Position numbers and translations under genes: made by a program
The notes under the pieces: model-generated
What the model saw: only the letters and a program-made list of their open reading frames with translations
Databases searched by the model: none
Told to the model about the DNA's origin: nothing
Origin: Synechococcus sp. A15-28
GTDB lineage: Bacteria; Cyanobacteriota; Cyanobacteriia; PCC-6307; Cyanobiaceae
Length of the DNA: 32,000 bases
Assembly (NCBI RefSeq): GCF_014280175.1
Contig: NZ_CP047931.1
Span: forward strand, 1,590,001 to 1,622,000
Reading direction: 5' to 3'
Shown here: piece by piece, positions 7,457 through 16,225 of the stretch
Layout: the number at the start of each line of letters is the position of its first letter
Numbering within the stretch: the first letter of the stretch is position 1

Positions 7457-7493
7457 CTCAACGTGTCCATGCCAACCCCACTAAGGTGCTGGC

Positions 7494-7655
7494 ATGGAGA
7501 ACACTTTCATGGCAGAGCCAATCACCCTCGTGACATTGCTGGTGATTGTCAGCCTGCTGCTTCTGCTGCAGGACTCCGACGATGACAACAGCGGTGGCGG
7601 CCTGAGGGAGCCGGTTCTGATCCCTGTGCGTGTGCGCGATCAACAGCGACGCTGA
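7494..7655 (+). CDS. Small (53 aa) single-pass membrane protein, hypothetical
   Basis: My own reading: MENTFMAEPITLVTLLVIVSLLLLLQDSDDDNSGGGLREPVLIPVRVRDQQRR. It has a hydrophobic helix then an acidic/basic tail, and a strong terminator follows at 7682-7709 on the same strand. Preferred over the antisense 77-aa ORF 7458-7691. Confidence 0.5.
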   Translation: MENTFMAEPITLVTLLVIVSLLLLLQDSDDDNSGGGLREPVLIPVRVRDQQRR

Positions 7656-7681
7656 CCCAAGCCTTCCTGGTTCCTTCCGGT

Positions 7682-7709
7682 CCCCTGCCAACGGCGGGGG
7701 ATTTTTTTT
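7682..7709 (+). terminator. Rho-independent terminator
   Basis: The GC stem ccccugcc/ggcggggg (8 bp, one G-U) has a short loop and is followed by A plus T8. Confidence 0.65.
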
Positions 7710-7788
7710 GCACGTTGTGTCAGCTCATGACGCGCGCCCGAGGACTCACCGTCGCTATTGCGTATCGTTCTCAAAACAGACGTGACGC

Positions 7789-7808
7789 GAATGCTTTTCA
7801 TTCTCAAT
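7789..7808 (+). promoter_or_regulatory. Putative Fur-box-like operator upstream of futA
   Basis: gAATGcttttCATTctcaat contains the inverted repeat GAATG/CATTC. It matches about 12 of 16 positions of the AATGATAATCATTATC Fur core and sits just upstream of the preferred futA ATG. Confidence 0.3.
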
Positions 7809-7814
7809 AAGCTG

Positions 7815-8834
7815 ATGAAATTGCGTTGGGCCGCTCCCGTCGCTCTGCTCGCCATGGGCACCCTGCTCGGCGCCTGCAGCAGGTCGGACACCACAGACCA
7901 GATCGGTGTCTATTCCGGCCGTCACTACAACACCGACAAGGCTATTTACAAGCGTTTCACCGAGTCCACTGGAATCCAGGTGAAACTGCTGGAGGCCAAG
8001 GATGATGCCCTGATCGAACGGCTCAACACCGAGGGAGAGGACTCCCCCGCTGATGTTTTGATCCTGGCGGACGTGGCCCGCTTGGACAGGGCCGCCGGCA
8101 TGAATCTGTTCCAAAGCGTCGACTCCGTTGCCCTCAATCAGGCGGTGCCCGCCGATCTGCGTGACAGCCAGGGGCGCTGGTACGGCCTCACCCGCCGACT
8201 GCGCGCTCCCATGTTCAACGCGGACCTCGTCAAGTCAGAGCAGGTAAGCAGTTATGAGGCCCTGGCGGACCCCAGCCTCAAAGGCAAGCTCTGCCTGCGC
8301 AACCGCCGCAGCGTCTACAACCAGTCCCTGGTGGCCTTCATGCTGGATGAACAGGGGCTGGCCGCCACGGAGGGCTGGATCAAAGGGATGGTGAACAACC
8401 TGGCGGAACCGGTTTTCAGCAGCGACACGCCCATGATCCGTGCCGTCGCCCAGGGGCAGTGCGGTGTCGCCCTGGCCAACAGTTACTACCTGGGACGCAT
8501 GCAGGCCGGCGATAAGGGGGAAGCTGACCAAACCCTGGCGGGCAAGGTGACCGTTCGCTGGCCCGATCCCGTGCACGTGAACATCACGGGCGGTGGTGTG
8601 ACCCGTGCCAGCCGCAACCCGGAGGCGGCCCAACGTCTGCTGGAGTTCCTCAGCTCGGATCAGGCCCAGGGCGGTTATGCCGCAGCGAATCACGAATATC
8701 CCCTGAACGGCATTGGGGAGGACCCGGTGCTGCAGGCATGGGGACCCTTCCAGCAAGCCAAGGTGTCCGCTGAGCGTCTGGGTCAGCTGAACGCCCAGGC
8801 ACTCGAACTGATGGCCGCCAGCGGTTGGCAATGA
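7815..8834 (+). CDS. futA: Fe(III) ABC transporter periplasmic substrate-binding lipoprotein (FutA/IdiA type)
   Basis: Lipoprotein signal MKLRWAAPVALLAMGTLLGAC, plus GVYSGRHYNTDKAIYKRFTESTGIQV and other iron-binding-protein-family sequence. The ORF is open from 7758; alternative ATG at 7791. Confidence 0.85.
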   Translation: MKLRWAAPVALLAMGTLLGACSRSDTTDQIGVYSGRHYNTDKAIYKRFTESTGIQVKLLEAKDDALIERLNTEGEDSPADVLILADVARLDRAAGMNLFQSVDSVALNQAVPADLRDSQGRWYGLTRRLRAPMFNADLVKSEQVSSYEALADPSLKGKLCLRNRRSVYNQSLVAFMLDEQGLAATEGWIKGMVNNLAEPVFSSDTPMIRAVAQGQCGVALANSYYLGRMQAGDKGEADQTLAGKVTVRWPDPVHVNITGGGVTRASRNPEAAQRLLEFLSSDQAQGGYAAANHEYPLNGIGEDPVLQAWGPFQQAKVSAERLGQLNAQALELMAASGWQ

Positions 8835-10339
8835 GCCGTCGCCTGCTGACGCTGCTGGCCTCTGTCCTGGCACTGCTGGCCCTCTGGCCCCTGATGCAGC
8901 TGCTAAGCCAGGGAGTTCAGGGTCTGCAGCAGGGGCTGGTGCACCTCGGGCCGGATGGCGGACGTCAGATCCGCGGCACTCTCCTGCTGCTGCTCGGCAG
9001 TGCCCTGGGGGGCACGCTGATCGGCACTGCCAACGGATGGCTGCTGATCAACTGCCGGTTTCCTGGACGGCGCTGGTTGCGCATCGCCCAGCTGATCCCC
9101 CTGGCGACCCCTGCCTATCTCCTCTCCGCAACGCTGGTGGATCTGGGCAGTCGCGCCGGGTGGCGCATTCATGGTCTGGGATGGGGCATCGCCGTGATGG
9201 CCCTCGCCACCTACCCCTACGTGTTTCTGCTGAGCACGGAGAGTTTTGGCATGAGCGGGCGACGCCAACTGGAGGCCTGCCGCAGCATGGGTATCGGTCC
9301 CTGGGCCGCCTTCCGGCGCGTGGCGCTTCCCATCGCCATGCCAGCCATCGGTGCCGGCGTGGCCCTGATGGGGATGGAGATCGTCAACGAGCTGGGAGCC
9401 GTGCAGTTACTGGGGATTCCCAGCCTGTCGGCCGGAATCCTCGAAGCCTGGCAGTCGAACAGCGACCCCACTGCCGCCATCAGCCTGGCCCTGGTCACGC
9501 TGGTGATCGTGCTGGGGCTGGTGGTGGGGGAACGTCGGTTGCGGCGGCGCAGCCGACGCTGGAGTGATGGTGTCGCCGGCGGTGATGCCACTGCCTGGCC
9601 ACTGCACGGAACCCGCGCCCTGGCCGCTCAGCTGCTGGGACTGATCCCACCAACCCTCAGTCTCGGCATCCCTCTGGTCTGGGCCATCACCAATCTGGAT
9701 CAGCTGGGGGACAGCCTCCGCGACGACCTGCTGCCCCTCAGCCTCCGCAGCCTGGTGCTGGGCATCAGCGCCTCCGTGCTGGCTGTGGGAGCGGCTCTCC
9801 TGCTGGCGATTGCCAAACGCTGGAGCGCAGCCGTGTGGCTGCGCAGCCTCACCTTCCTGGCGGGCGTCGGCTACGCCATCCCCGGCACCGTGCTGGCCCT
9901 GGCCCTACTGCTGACCGGCGCCCCCTGGCAACTCGCACCACTGCTTTTACTTCTCTGGGGATACAGCGACCGCTTCCTGGCGGTGGCCAAGGGCGGACTT
10001 GATGCCGCCCTCGAGCGAATCAGTCCCAACCTGGATGAAGCGGCCACAGGCCTTGGCTTCAGTTGGCGGCAGGTCTTGAGAAGGGTCCATCTGCCGCTGC
10101 TGCGGGGGCCGATGACCGTTGGGCTGCTGCTGGTGTTCGTGGACACCGTCAAGGAACTGCCCCTCACCTTTGCGTTGCGCCCCTTTGACTTCGACACGCT
10201 GTCGGTTCGGGTGTATCAATACGCCAGTGACGAGCGGCTGGCGGCGGCACTGCTGCCGGCACTAATGATCCTGGCGCTGGGACTGGTGGCGGCGATGGCC
10301 CTGGTGCCGAGCCTGGATCAGGCCTCGAGTAAGGGCTGA
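8831..10339 (+). CDS. futB: Fe(III) ABC transporter permease, duplicated two-domain type (FutB)
   Basis: About 500 aa, polytopic, with two permease halves. Its ATG overlaps the futA stop (ATGA at 8831-8834). Confidence 0.8.
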   Translation: MSRRLLTLLASVLALLALWPLMQLLSQGVQGLQQGLVHLGPDGGRQIRGTLLLLLGSALGGTLIGTANGWLLINCRFPGRRWLRIAQLIPLATPAYLLSATLVDLGSRAGWRIHGLGWGIAVMALATYPYVFLLSTESFGMSGRRQLEACRSMGIGPWAAFRRVALPIAMPAIGAGVALMGMEIVNELGAVQLLGIPSLSAGILEAWQSNSDPTAAISLALVTLVIVLGLVVGERRLRRRSRRWSDGVAGGDATAWPLHGTRALAAQLLGLIPPTLSLGIPLVWAITNLDQLGDSLRDDLLPLSLRSLVLGISASVLAVGAALLLAIAKRWSAAVWLRSLTFLAGVGYAIPGTVLALALLLTGAPWQLAPLLLLLWGYSDRFLAVAKGGLDAALERISPNLDEAATGLGFSWRQVLRRVHLPLLRGPMTVGLLLVFVDTVKELPLTFALRPFDFDTLSVRVYQYASDERLAAALLPALMILALGLVAAMALVPSLDQASSKG

Positions 10340-12465
10340 CCGTTGCGGCGCTGAATCGCCACAACCCCAGGGCGAGGCGGGCGCCCCGGGGCCTGAGCTG
10401 GCCAGTTGGACCCCAACGGCACCGTGCGCAGCTGCTGAAAGACCCCGCCGTCACGATCCACCAGCTCATGGGCCTGAATTTCCTCATCCCCCTGAGCCCG
10501 GCTGCCGTTCACCTCTCCGGGATGTTGCACCGCCAGGAACAAAGATGCCTCGGCCTGATCGAGGCACACCCCCGTCACCTCGCACTCCATCGGCCCGGTG
10601 GCAAAGCAGGCCGCCTGTTCCTCCCCGCTGTCGGTCCTGGGAACGAACCAGCAGCTGTTGTTGCCAAATACATCACCCCCTGACGACTTCATCGATCGGT
10701 CGGTGACGATCCAGAGGTTGCCCTTGCTGTCGAGAGCAACGTTGTCCGGATTGGCGAATCCGAGGCCGCCGGCCCATGGGGTCCCGCCGGTGACCGCCAT
10801 GCGCCAGGTGAAACCGTTCTCACTCGACTCACTCAGGCGCATCACCCAGCCATTGGCCCAGCTGCTCTGACCGTCAGGGCCCTGGAACACCGCAGGGTCA
10901 GCTCCACCGCTCCTGCCAGGGGAGCCGGAGGTGAAGGCGATCAGCAGATCGCCGCTGATCGGGTCAATTTTGGTGTCTTCCGGACGGGCTGTGGGGGTGG
11001 CCCCGATCGCGCTGGCCGCCAGGTGGGCATCCACCAGGATTGCCCCCTGAAGCGCCTCACCCTCGCCGCGGTACAGATCCGACAGGGTGGTGAATTGACG
11101 GCAGTACTCCTCAACGGCGGCGTCCTCCTGGAACAGTTCCGCTCCCGCCAGGGTGCGATCACGGTGGGGCAGTTCCACCGGACAGCCGAGGTCCGCGTCG
11201 CTGAAGCGGCTGGGGCGGAATGGATCGACCACCGCCTCCGGTGTGATCGCCAGCCATTCACCACTGCCATCGGCACGGAACCGAGCCACCTGCAGTTCGC
11301 CGGCCTCGAACAAGCGTGAATTCCGCTTGTCCTGCACGGTCTCGACGCGGTCGGCACTGACGAAGCGATACAGATGCCCACCGCGGCGGTCACAGCCTGA
11401 GTACACCTGCAGCGGCTGGCCGGCTTCAGCACGCACCGCAACGGCTTCGTGGCGGAAGCGGCCGAGGGCCGTGTGCTTCATCGCAGTGTGCTCAGCCGAG
11501 GTCGGATCCACCTCCACCATCCAGCCGTACTTGTTGCCCGCCAGGCCGTAGACGTTGCCCAGTCCCCCCAGTTTTCCGTCCTTGCAGACAAACGGCCGTT
11601 CCGACGGTGCCGCCGCGCTGCCATCGGCATGGACCGGTTCCGGCACCTGGGATTGAAAATTTTCCTCAGCGCTGAGCACGGTCCCCCAGGGCGTGGTGCC
11701 GCCACCGCAATTCGCAAACGTGCCGATGATCCGGTCGCCCAGGCCATCGTCGTAGCCCTGCCGGCTGCTGGCCCTGAACACCGCGGCGGCCGGCCCCGTG
11801 CTGATCAGCTGCTGCTGCGGATCCTTAAGACCGCTGATGCCCGTGATGCGCCGGTCCTGTGGGCCTTGTGCCCGTTTCCACTGGCCCTGACCATCCCGCT
11901 GCAGGGTCATCACGCCGATCCCGAGGTCGGTCATCGCTTCATCCGCGACGGCACGGATCTGCTGCAGCCGGCGATCGCCGGCAGGCAACGCCGTGCAGTC
12001 GACGACGCCATCGCTGGGCTGGAGGGACGCGACCAGGGCGGCAAAAGGCAGAGAACGACCCACCACCTCGGCAAAACCCTGCACCCAGGGCACGGCACTG
12101 ATGTATTCGAAATTGACGGTCATCGACGCCCGGTCCGGCCCCTGCTGCACAAAACCGAGGTGATCGTTGTTGAAGCCGAAGCGGCTGTCGCCGAGGGGAT
12201 CACCCCAGGCCGCCAGCAGTTGCGACGCAAAGCCGTCCGGGACGGTCAGCCGATCCTCCAGCGCCAGTTCCCGGTAGGTGGACTGCTGTTCGCTGGCCTG
12301 GAGCCCATCGCTGTTCACCGGCAGGGGCACCCGCACCGGCTGAAAGGGAAATGCCTTGGCAGCACGGCTGCTGCCCCCTGGCGCGATGCAGCCCGACAGT
12401 CCCTTGGCCGTCAACACACCGACGCCGCCGAGACCAAGCAGGGAGAGCACGGAACGTCGGCGCAT
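10318..12465 (-). CDS. phoX: PhoX-family alkaline phosphatase (DUF839/COG3211), Tat signal plus lipobox
   Basis: 715 aa. N-terminus is MRRRSVLSLLGLGGVGVLTAKGLSGC (twin-Arg plus L-S-G-C). PhoX-like blocks are present: FNNDHLGF, GGTTPWGTVLSAEEN, GRFRHEAVAV, PDNVALDSKGNLWIVTD, AVQHPGE. Confidence 0.8.
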   Translation of the reverse strand: MRRRSVLSLLGLGGVGVLTAKGLSGCIAPGGSSRAAKAFPFQPVRVPLPVNSDGLQASEQQSTYRELALEDRLTVPDGFASQLLAAWGDPLGDSRFGFNNDHLGFVQQGPDRASMTVNFEYISAVPWVQGFAEVVGRSLPFAALVASLQPSDGVVDCTALPAGDRRLQQIRAVADEAMTDLGIGVMTLQRDGQGQWKRAQGPQDRRITGISGLKDPQQQLISTGPAAAVFRASSRQGYDDGLGDRIIGTFANCGGGTTPWGTVLSAEENFQSQVPEPVHADGSAAAPSERPFVCKDGKLGGLGNVYGLAGNKYGWMVEVDPTSAEHTAMKHTALGRFRHEAVAVRAEAGQPLQVYSGCDRRGGHLYRFVSADRVETVQDKRNSRLFEAGELQVARFRADGSGEWLAITPEAVVDPFRPSRFSDADLGCPVELPHRDRTLAGAELFQEDAAVEEYCRQFTTLSDLYRGEGEALQGAILVDAHLAASAIGATPTARPEDTKIDPISGDLLIAFTSGSPGRSGGADPAVFQGPDGQSSWANGWVMRLSESSENGFTWRMAVTGGTPWAGGLGFANPDNVALDSKGNLWIVTDRSMKSSGGDVFGNNSCWFVPRTDSGEEQAACFATGPMECEVTGVCLDQAEASLFLAVQHPGEVNGSRAQGDEEIQAHELVDRDGGVFQQLRTVPLGSNWPAQAPGRPPRPGVVAIQRRNGQPLLEA

Positions 12466-12475
12466 CGGTCAGACC

Positions 12476-13429
12476 TCAATCGGTGCAGGCGGTGGTGCGA
12501 CGTGGACTCAGCACCACAATCCAGTTTGACTGAAGCGGATTGAAGTTGTCATCGCTGGCTAACACCAGGGTGTGTCGTCCATCCGACAGCACGGGCCCCA
12601 GCGCTATGGCCTCCCAGTTGTCCGGCGGCAGACCGGCCTCCAGCAGATCCCAGCCAATGATCGGCTGCACCGGAGCCCCCCCGGGTTCAGGCAAGGCAAA
12701 CAGCTGAAGCCTGGCCGTCCATTGATCAGGGGGCGTAAACCCCCGCCGCAGGCCCAGCAGCTGCTTATGGGTTGGCAGGGCCAGCAGTTCCGTCAGTCCG
12801 TTGTGGCGGCCGATGTCCCCTCCATCCAGGGCCCCAGCCGAGCGAATCTCGTCGCCGGAACGGCGTCTCATCAGGCTGATCCCATCCCCGGCTTGGTGCT
12901 GCGCCAACGGCGCCTCCGCCGCCAGCAGCAAATCGCCGGGGCCAAGGGCCGTCAGCGATTCCGGACCTTTGTTGGAGCCAAGACCCTGGCCAGGGGTGGC
13001 CCGCCAGGCCTGGGGCAACGGCAGCTCCTGCTGCAGCCGACCGCTGCCGAGATCGATCTGAATCAGCCGAGCGCGACGGTCATTCGAGCGGCGCCCCTCA
13101 CTGGCAATCCAGGCTTGCCGGCCCTCGATCACCAACCCTTCTCCATCAAAGGTCTCAGGCAGGGGCTGCCCGTCGCCACCCCTCAGCAGCACTCTGCGGC
13201 CTGGCCAGAGCGTGTCGCGTTGGCCCTCGAGCCATTGAGCCAATCCCCCCCAGGGCACCAAATGCCCGACAGGCGCATCGCTGAGCAACCAGAGACGGTC
13301 TTCGTTCCGCTGATAGGCCGCCGCCGAGAACCCACCCAGAGGACGGCCATCGGCAAGCGTTCGGGGCAGCTTGATCGTTCGCACCAGCTCCCAGCCGGCC
13401 TCGAGCGGACAGGGCAACGGCAGCTCCAT
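12476..13429 (-). CDS. Phytase-like / esterase-like-activity-of-phytase domain protein (PF13449-like)
   Basis: 317 aa. Blocks GGFSAAAY, FDGEGLV, NKGPESLTAL, DNWEAIALGP and LVLASDDNFNPLQSN resemble that family. No obvious signal peptide. Confidence 0.55.
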   Translation of the reverse strand: MELPLPCPLEAGWELVRTIKLPRTLADGRPLGGFSAAAYQRNEDRLWLLSDAPVGHLVPWGGLAQWLEGQRDTLWPGRRVLLRGGDGQPLPETFDGEGLVIEGRQAWIASEGRRSNDRRARLIQIDLGSGRLQQELPLPQAWRATPGQGLGSNKGPESLTALGPGDLLLAAEAPLAQHQAGDGISLMRRRSGDEIRSAGALDGGDIGRHNGLTELLALPTHKQLLGLRRGFTPPDQWTARLQLFALPEPGGAPVQPIIGWDLLEAGLPPDNWEAIALGPVLSDGRHTLVLASDDNFNPLQSNWIVVLSPRRTTACTD

Positions 13430-13434
13430 GGCGG

Positions 13435-14355
13435 TCAGCGCGCAGGACGCAACCGTTGCATCAGGGCCTGATCGGCAGCAAGCACAGCAGCCGCCAACAG
13501 GTCCGCCACGGTGGAGATCACCCGGTAGCTCAGCACCACCGCCAACAGGGAGGCCTCATCCACGCTGGCCCCCAGGCGCAGCAGAAGCGTGGCTTCAAAC
13601 ACCCCCAGTCCCCCGGGCGCTCCAGGCACCACCAATCCCGCCGCATAGGCCAGGGCAAAACCAGCCAGCCACTGGGCAGCCGCTGGAGTGGTGAGATCAA
13701 AGGCCGCCAGGCAGCAGGCGAATCCGGCGAATCGGACCAGCACAAACACCACCTGGGCAGTCAGGGGCAGCCAGGGGGCACCGCCGCGGCCGCTGCCGTC
13801 CACCGGCAGAGCACCGCTGTCCGCCGTCTGCAGCTGAGCGGCCTTGGAGCGTTCCAGTCGCCGCAGCACAGGCTCCCGCAGGCGCGTCAGCAGCAACACC
13901 AGCGACGGGATCGGTGCCAGCAGCAGCAGACCGTTCTGCCATCCCCCCGCCATGAGCAGCAGCGAGGCTGCTGCCACGATCAGCAGGGGATCGAGGATCA
14001 CCCCCGCCAGAGCGGGCCCTGCCCCCATGGCTGGTCGCAGCACACGCACCCGTTCCACCAGGTGCCAGATGCCCCCTGGCAGGTACTTGAGCAGATTGCT
14101 GCGCACGAACAACGGCACCAGTGCCAGGCCATGCGGCCGCTGTCCCAGCCAATCAAGAAGCACCCGCCAGGCCAGCCCGTTGATCAGGATGCTGAGCCAG
14201 GTCAGGCCAAGGCCCAGCAGCAGCAGCCACCAGCCCCTTGGTTCGAGGTTGATCTGCCGCAGCTCCTGCCCCTGATGCAACAGGGCCACAGCGATGAAGG
14301 CCAGGCTGGCCAGGGTGATCCACAGCTTCGGCTTGAGCAGGGATCGGATCACCAC
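13435..14355 (-). CDS. UPF0104 / lysyl-phosphatidylglycerol-synthase-TM-region-like (flippase-like) membrane protein
   Basis: 306 aa, polytopic. It has the characteristic LLKYLPGGIWHLVERV block. Its GTG start overlaps the larC stop by 7 nt. Confidence 0.65.
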   Translation of the reverse strand: MVIRSLLKPKLWITLASLAFIAVALLHQGQELRQINLEPRGWWLLLLGLGLTWLSILINGLAWRVLLDWLGQRPHGLALVPLFVRSNLLKYLPGGIWHLVERVRVLRPAMGAGPALAGVILDPLLIVAAASLLLMAGGWQNGLLLLAPIPSLVLLLTRLREPVLRRLERSKAAQLQTADSGALPVDGSGRGGAPWLPLTAQVVFVLVRFAGFACCLAAFDLTTPAAAQWLAGFALAYAAGLVVPGAPGGLGVFEATLLLRLGASVDEASLLAVVLSYRVISTVADLLAAAVLAADQALMQRLRPAR

Positions 14356-15581
14356 GTCCAGGGTTCCTCGCTCTCGAAGCTGGCCACCTGGGCTGCAGCC
14401 CTCAGATCAGCGATGGAACAACCGCTGGTCTGGCTGAGCTGCTGCAGCGCATCAGCTTCCGGTTTGACCGTGCAACGACCATCCGGACGTTGGACCTGCT
14501 TGGCCTTCAGCGCACCCCACGGCGTGGCGAGCATGCCGGCACGACGGGGAAGCAGCCATCGGCCCTGTTGCCGCTCCCGCAAGCCGATGCTGGGACCGGC
14601 CTCGAACCAGATCCGCCGGAGCGTCTGGGCCTGCTCGGTGCTCACCAGGGCCGTGACGGCAACCCCGACTCGGCCCTTCTTCATCTGCAGGGATTGACAG
14701 GCCACATCCACGGCACCGCCCTGGCGCAATCGATCCAGCAGCCAGGCGATGTCTTCGGCAGAGGCATCATCGATCCAGGCCTCCTGCACCACCAGCGGCT
14801 GCCAACGAGGCTCGAGCTCTGGGGTGGAACTCTCCCCCTGGCCCAGGCAGATCCTCACCAGGTTGGGGCGATCCAGCTGACGGTGTCCCAGGCCGATGCC
14901 GATGGCAGAAGGGGTGAACAGCGGTGGTGCTGTAAAGCTCTCGGCCAGAACGGACACCAGCGCCAGACCGGTTGGTGTGGTGAGCTCCCCCTCGGGCAGC
15001 GAGGGGTCCTGTCGCAACGGAACCTGATGGGCACGGGCCAACTCGAGCACCGCCGGCACCGGTACCGGCAACAGACCATGGGCTGTGTTGACGCTGCCTC
15101 TGCCCGCGGGCGGTGGGTCGCAGCTGATCCGCTGCGGAGCCAGGTGATGGATGGCTGCGCAGACCCCCACCACATCCACGATGGAGTCGATGGCCCCCAC
15201 TTCGTGGAAGTGGACGGACTCAGGAGGTTGGCCATGGACCGTGGCCTCCGCTTCAGCCAAAGCCGTGAACACCGCCATCACCGTCTGCTGGAGCCGGGGC
15301 TCCAGGGAGGACCTCTCCAGCTGCATCCGAATCTCAGCCCAGTGGCGGTGCGGCGGATCGGGCTCCAGGCCCACAACGCTGAGGCGGCGCCCCCGCAGGC
15401 CACCGCTGCGGGTCTCCTCCAGATCCAGGCGCACCAGATCCTTCAGGCCGAGCTGAGCCAGAGGAGCTTCGATCACATCCCTGGGAACCCCAAGGTCGAG
15501 CAGACCCGCCAACAACATGTCTCCCGCCAATCCGGTCGGACAGTCGATGTGGAGCGATCCAGCGGTCGCGGCCAGCGTCAT
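14349..15581 (-). CDS. larC: LarC-family nickel insertion protein (nickel-pincer cofactor cyclometallase, DUF111)
   Basis: 410 aa. The N-terminus LHIDCPTGLAGDMLLAGLLDLGVP and HFHEVGAIDSIVDVVG are typical LarC blocks. Its ATG overlaps the upstream stop (ATGA at 15578-15581). Confidence 0.85.
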   Translation of the reverse strand: MTLAATAGSLHIDCPTGLAGDMLLAGLLDLGVPRDVIEAPLAQLGLKDLVRLDLEETRSGGLRGRRLSVVGLEPDPPHRHWAEIRMQLERSSLEPRLQQTVMAVFTALAEAEATVHGQPPESVHFHEVGAIDSIVDVVGVCAAIHHLAPQRISCDPPPAGRGSVNTAHGLLPVPVPAVLELARAHQVPLRQDPSLPEGELTTPTGLALVSVLAESFTAPPLFTPSAIGIGLGHRQLDRPNLVRICLGQGESSTPELEPRWQPLVVQEAWIDDASAEDIAWLLDRLRQGGAVDVACQSLQMKKGRVGVAVTALVSTEQAQTLRRIWFEAGPSIGLRERQQGRWLLPRRAGMLATPWGALKAKQVQRPDGRCTVKPEADALQQLSQTSGCSIADLRAAAQVASFESEEPWTW

Positions 15582-16225
15582 CGCCCCAGCCGGGGTGCCG
15601 AGCTCAACAACTGGTCGGCTCTCTGGCTGAGGTCCGCCTGATCACGCCGCAGCAGCTGCTCGATTTCACGGCGGGCGCGGCGCTGTTCGCGCTGGGCCGT
15701 GGCAACGTCGTGTCCCGAAAGCCCCCAGAGCTGACCCAGCAGAGCCCTGTCATCGGCACCACCGCGTGCTTTGCCGTAGACCACGGTTTCCGCAGCGATC
15801 CCGGCCTGGAGCAGACGACTCCAGCGGCGCAGATCCTCCAGAGGCATGCGGACGCTGTCTGGCACAGGAAACTCAGTCGCGCCGCTGCTGCGCAGACCCG
15901 CCTGCAGGCAGGCCAACGTACCCACCAGCACCCGTTGCACCGGCATCTGCTCCTGCTCGGCGATCAGCAGATGACCAGCCTCATGAACGGCGATGCGCCG
16001 CAGCCGCCCCTCGCCCCCCGGCAAGGCCTCCGCCAGCACATGCCCGCCCATGCCCTGCCAGCTGGCAGCATCCACGCTGAGCATGACCAGGCCACCGCCA
16101 ACGGCCACCACGATCCAGGCCGGTGACAGGCCCAAGACCGGTCCGAAGGCTCCCAGCCCAGTGATCGCAGCGACTACCAGCCCCGCCCGCAGCGTTCCTG
16201 TGGAACCCTCGCCCGCGTCAGCCAT
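15578..16225 (-). CDS. Membrane protein with FtsH-like (M41) HEXXH zinc-peptidase domain, no AAA module
   Basis: 215 aa with two N-terminal hydrophobic helices. It has an HEAGH motif (IAVHEAGHLLIAE) and a helical C-terminus. Its ATG overlaps the upstream stop (ATGA at 16223-16227). Confidence 0.6.
   Translation of the reverse strand: MADAGEGSTGTLRAGLVVAAITGLGAFGPVLGLSPAWIVVAVGGGLVMLSVDAASWQGMGGHVLAEALPGGEGRLRRIAVHEAGHLLIAEQEQMPVQRVLVGTLACLQAGLRSSGATEFPVPDSVRMPLEDLRRWSRLLQAGIAAETVVYGKARGGADDRALLGQLWGLSGHDVATAQREQRRARREIEQLLRRDQADLSQRADQLLSSAPRLGR

Noticed and set aside
7458-7691. 77-aa minus-strand ORF between the COG0523 gene and futA
   Set aside because: The plus strand carries a better small-protein ORF (hydrophobic helix, ATG start) followed by a plus-strand terminator. 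The minus ORF would run through that terminator stem.
8235-8873. 212-aa minus-strand ORF inside futA
   Set aside because: It is an antisense shadow of the iron-binding protein gene.
12521-12552. Direct repeat CTTCA-N5-CTTCA (minus strand) about 70 nt upstream of the phoX ATG, as a possible internal Pho box
   Set aside because: The spacing is 10 bp rather than 11 bp and the match to the cyanobacterial Pho-box consensus is poor. It lies inside the coding sequence of the upstream gene.
11449-15641. Series of very long plus-strand ORFs (11449-12543, 12572-13471, 13456-14697, 14490-15641) opposite phoX, the phytase-like gene, the UPF0104 gene and larC
   Set aside because: Their translations are low-complexity Arg/Pro/Gly/Gln-rich strings with no motifs. 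The minus-strand products have clear family signatures. These are typical antisense shadow ORFs in GC-rich DNA.
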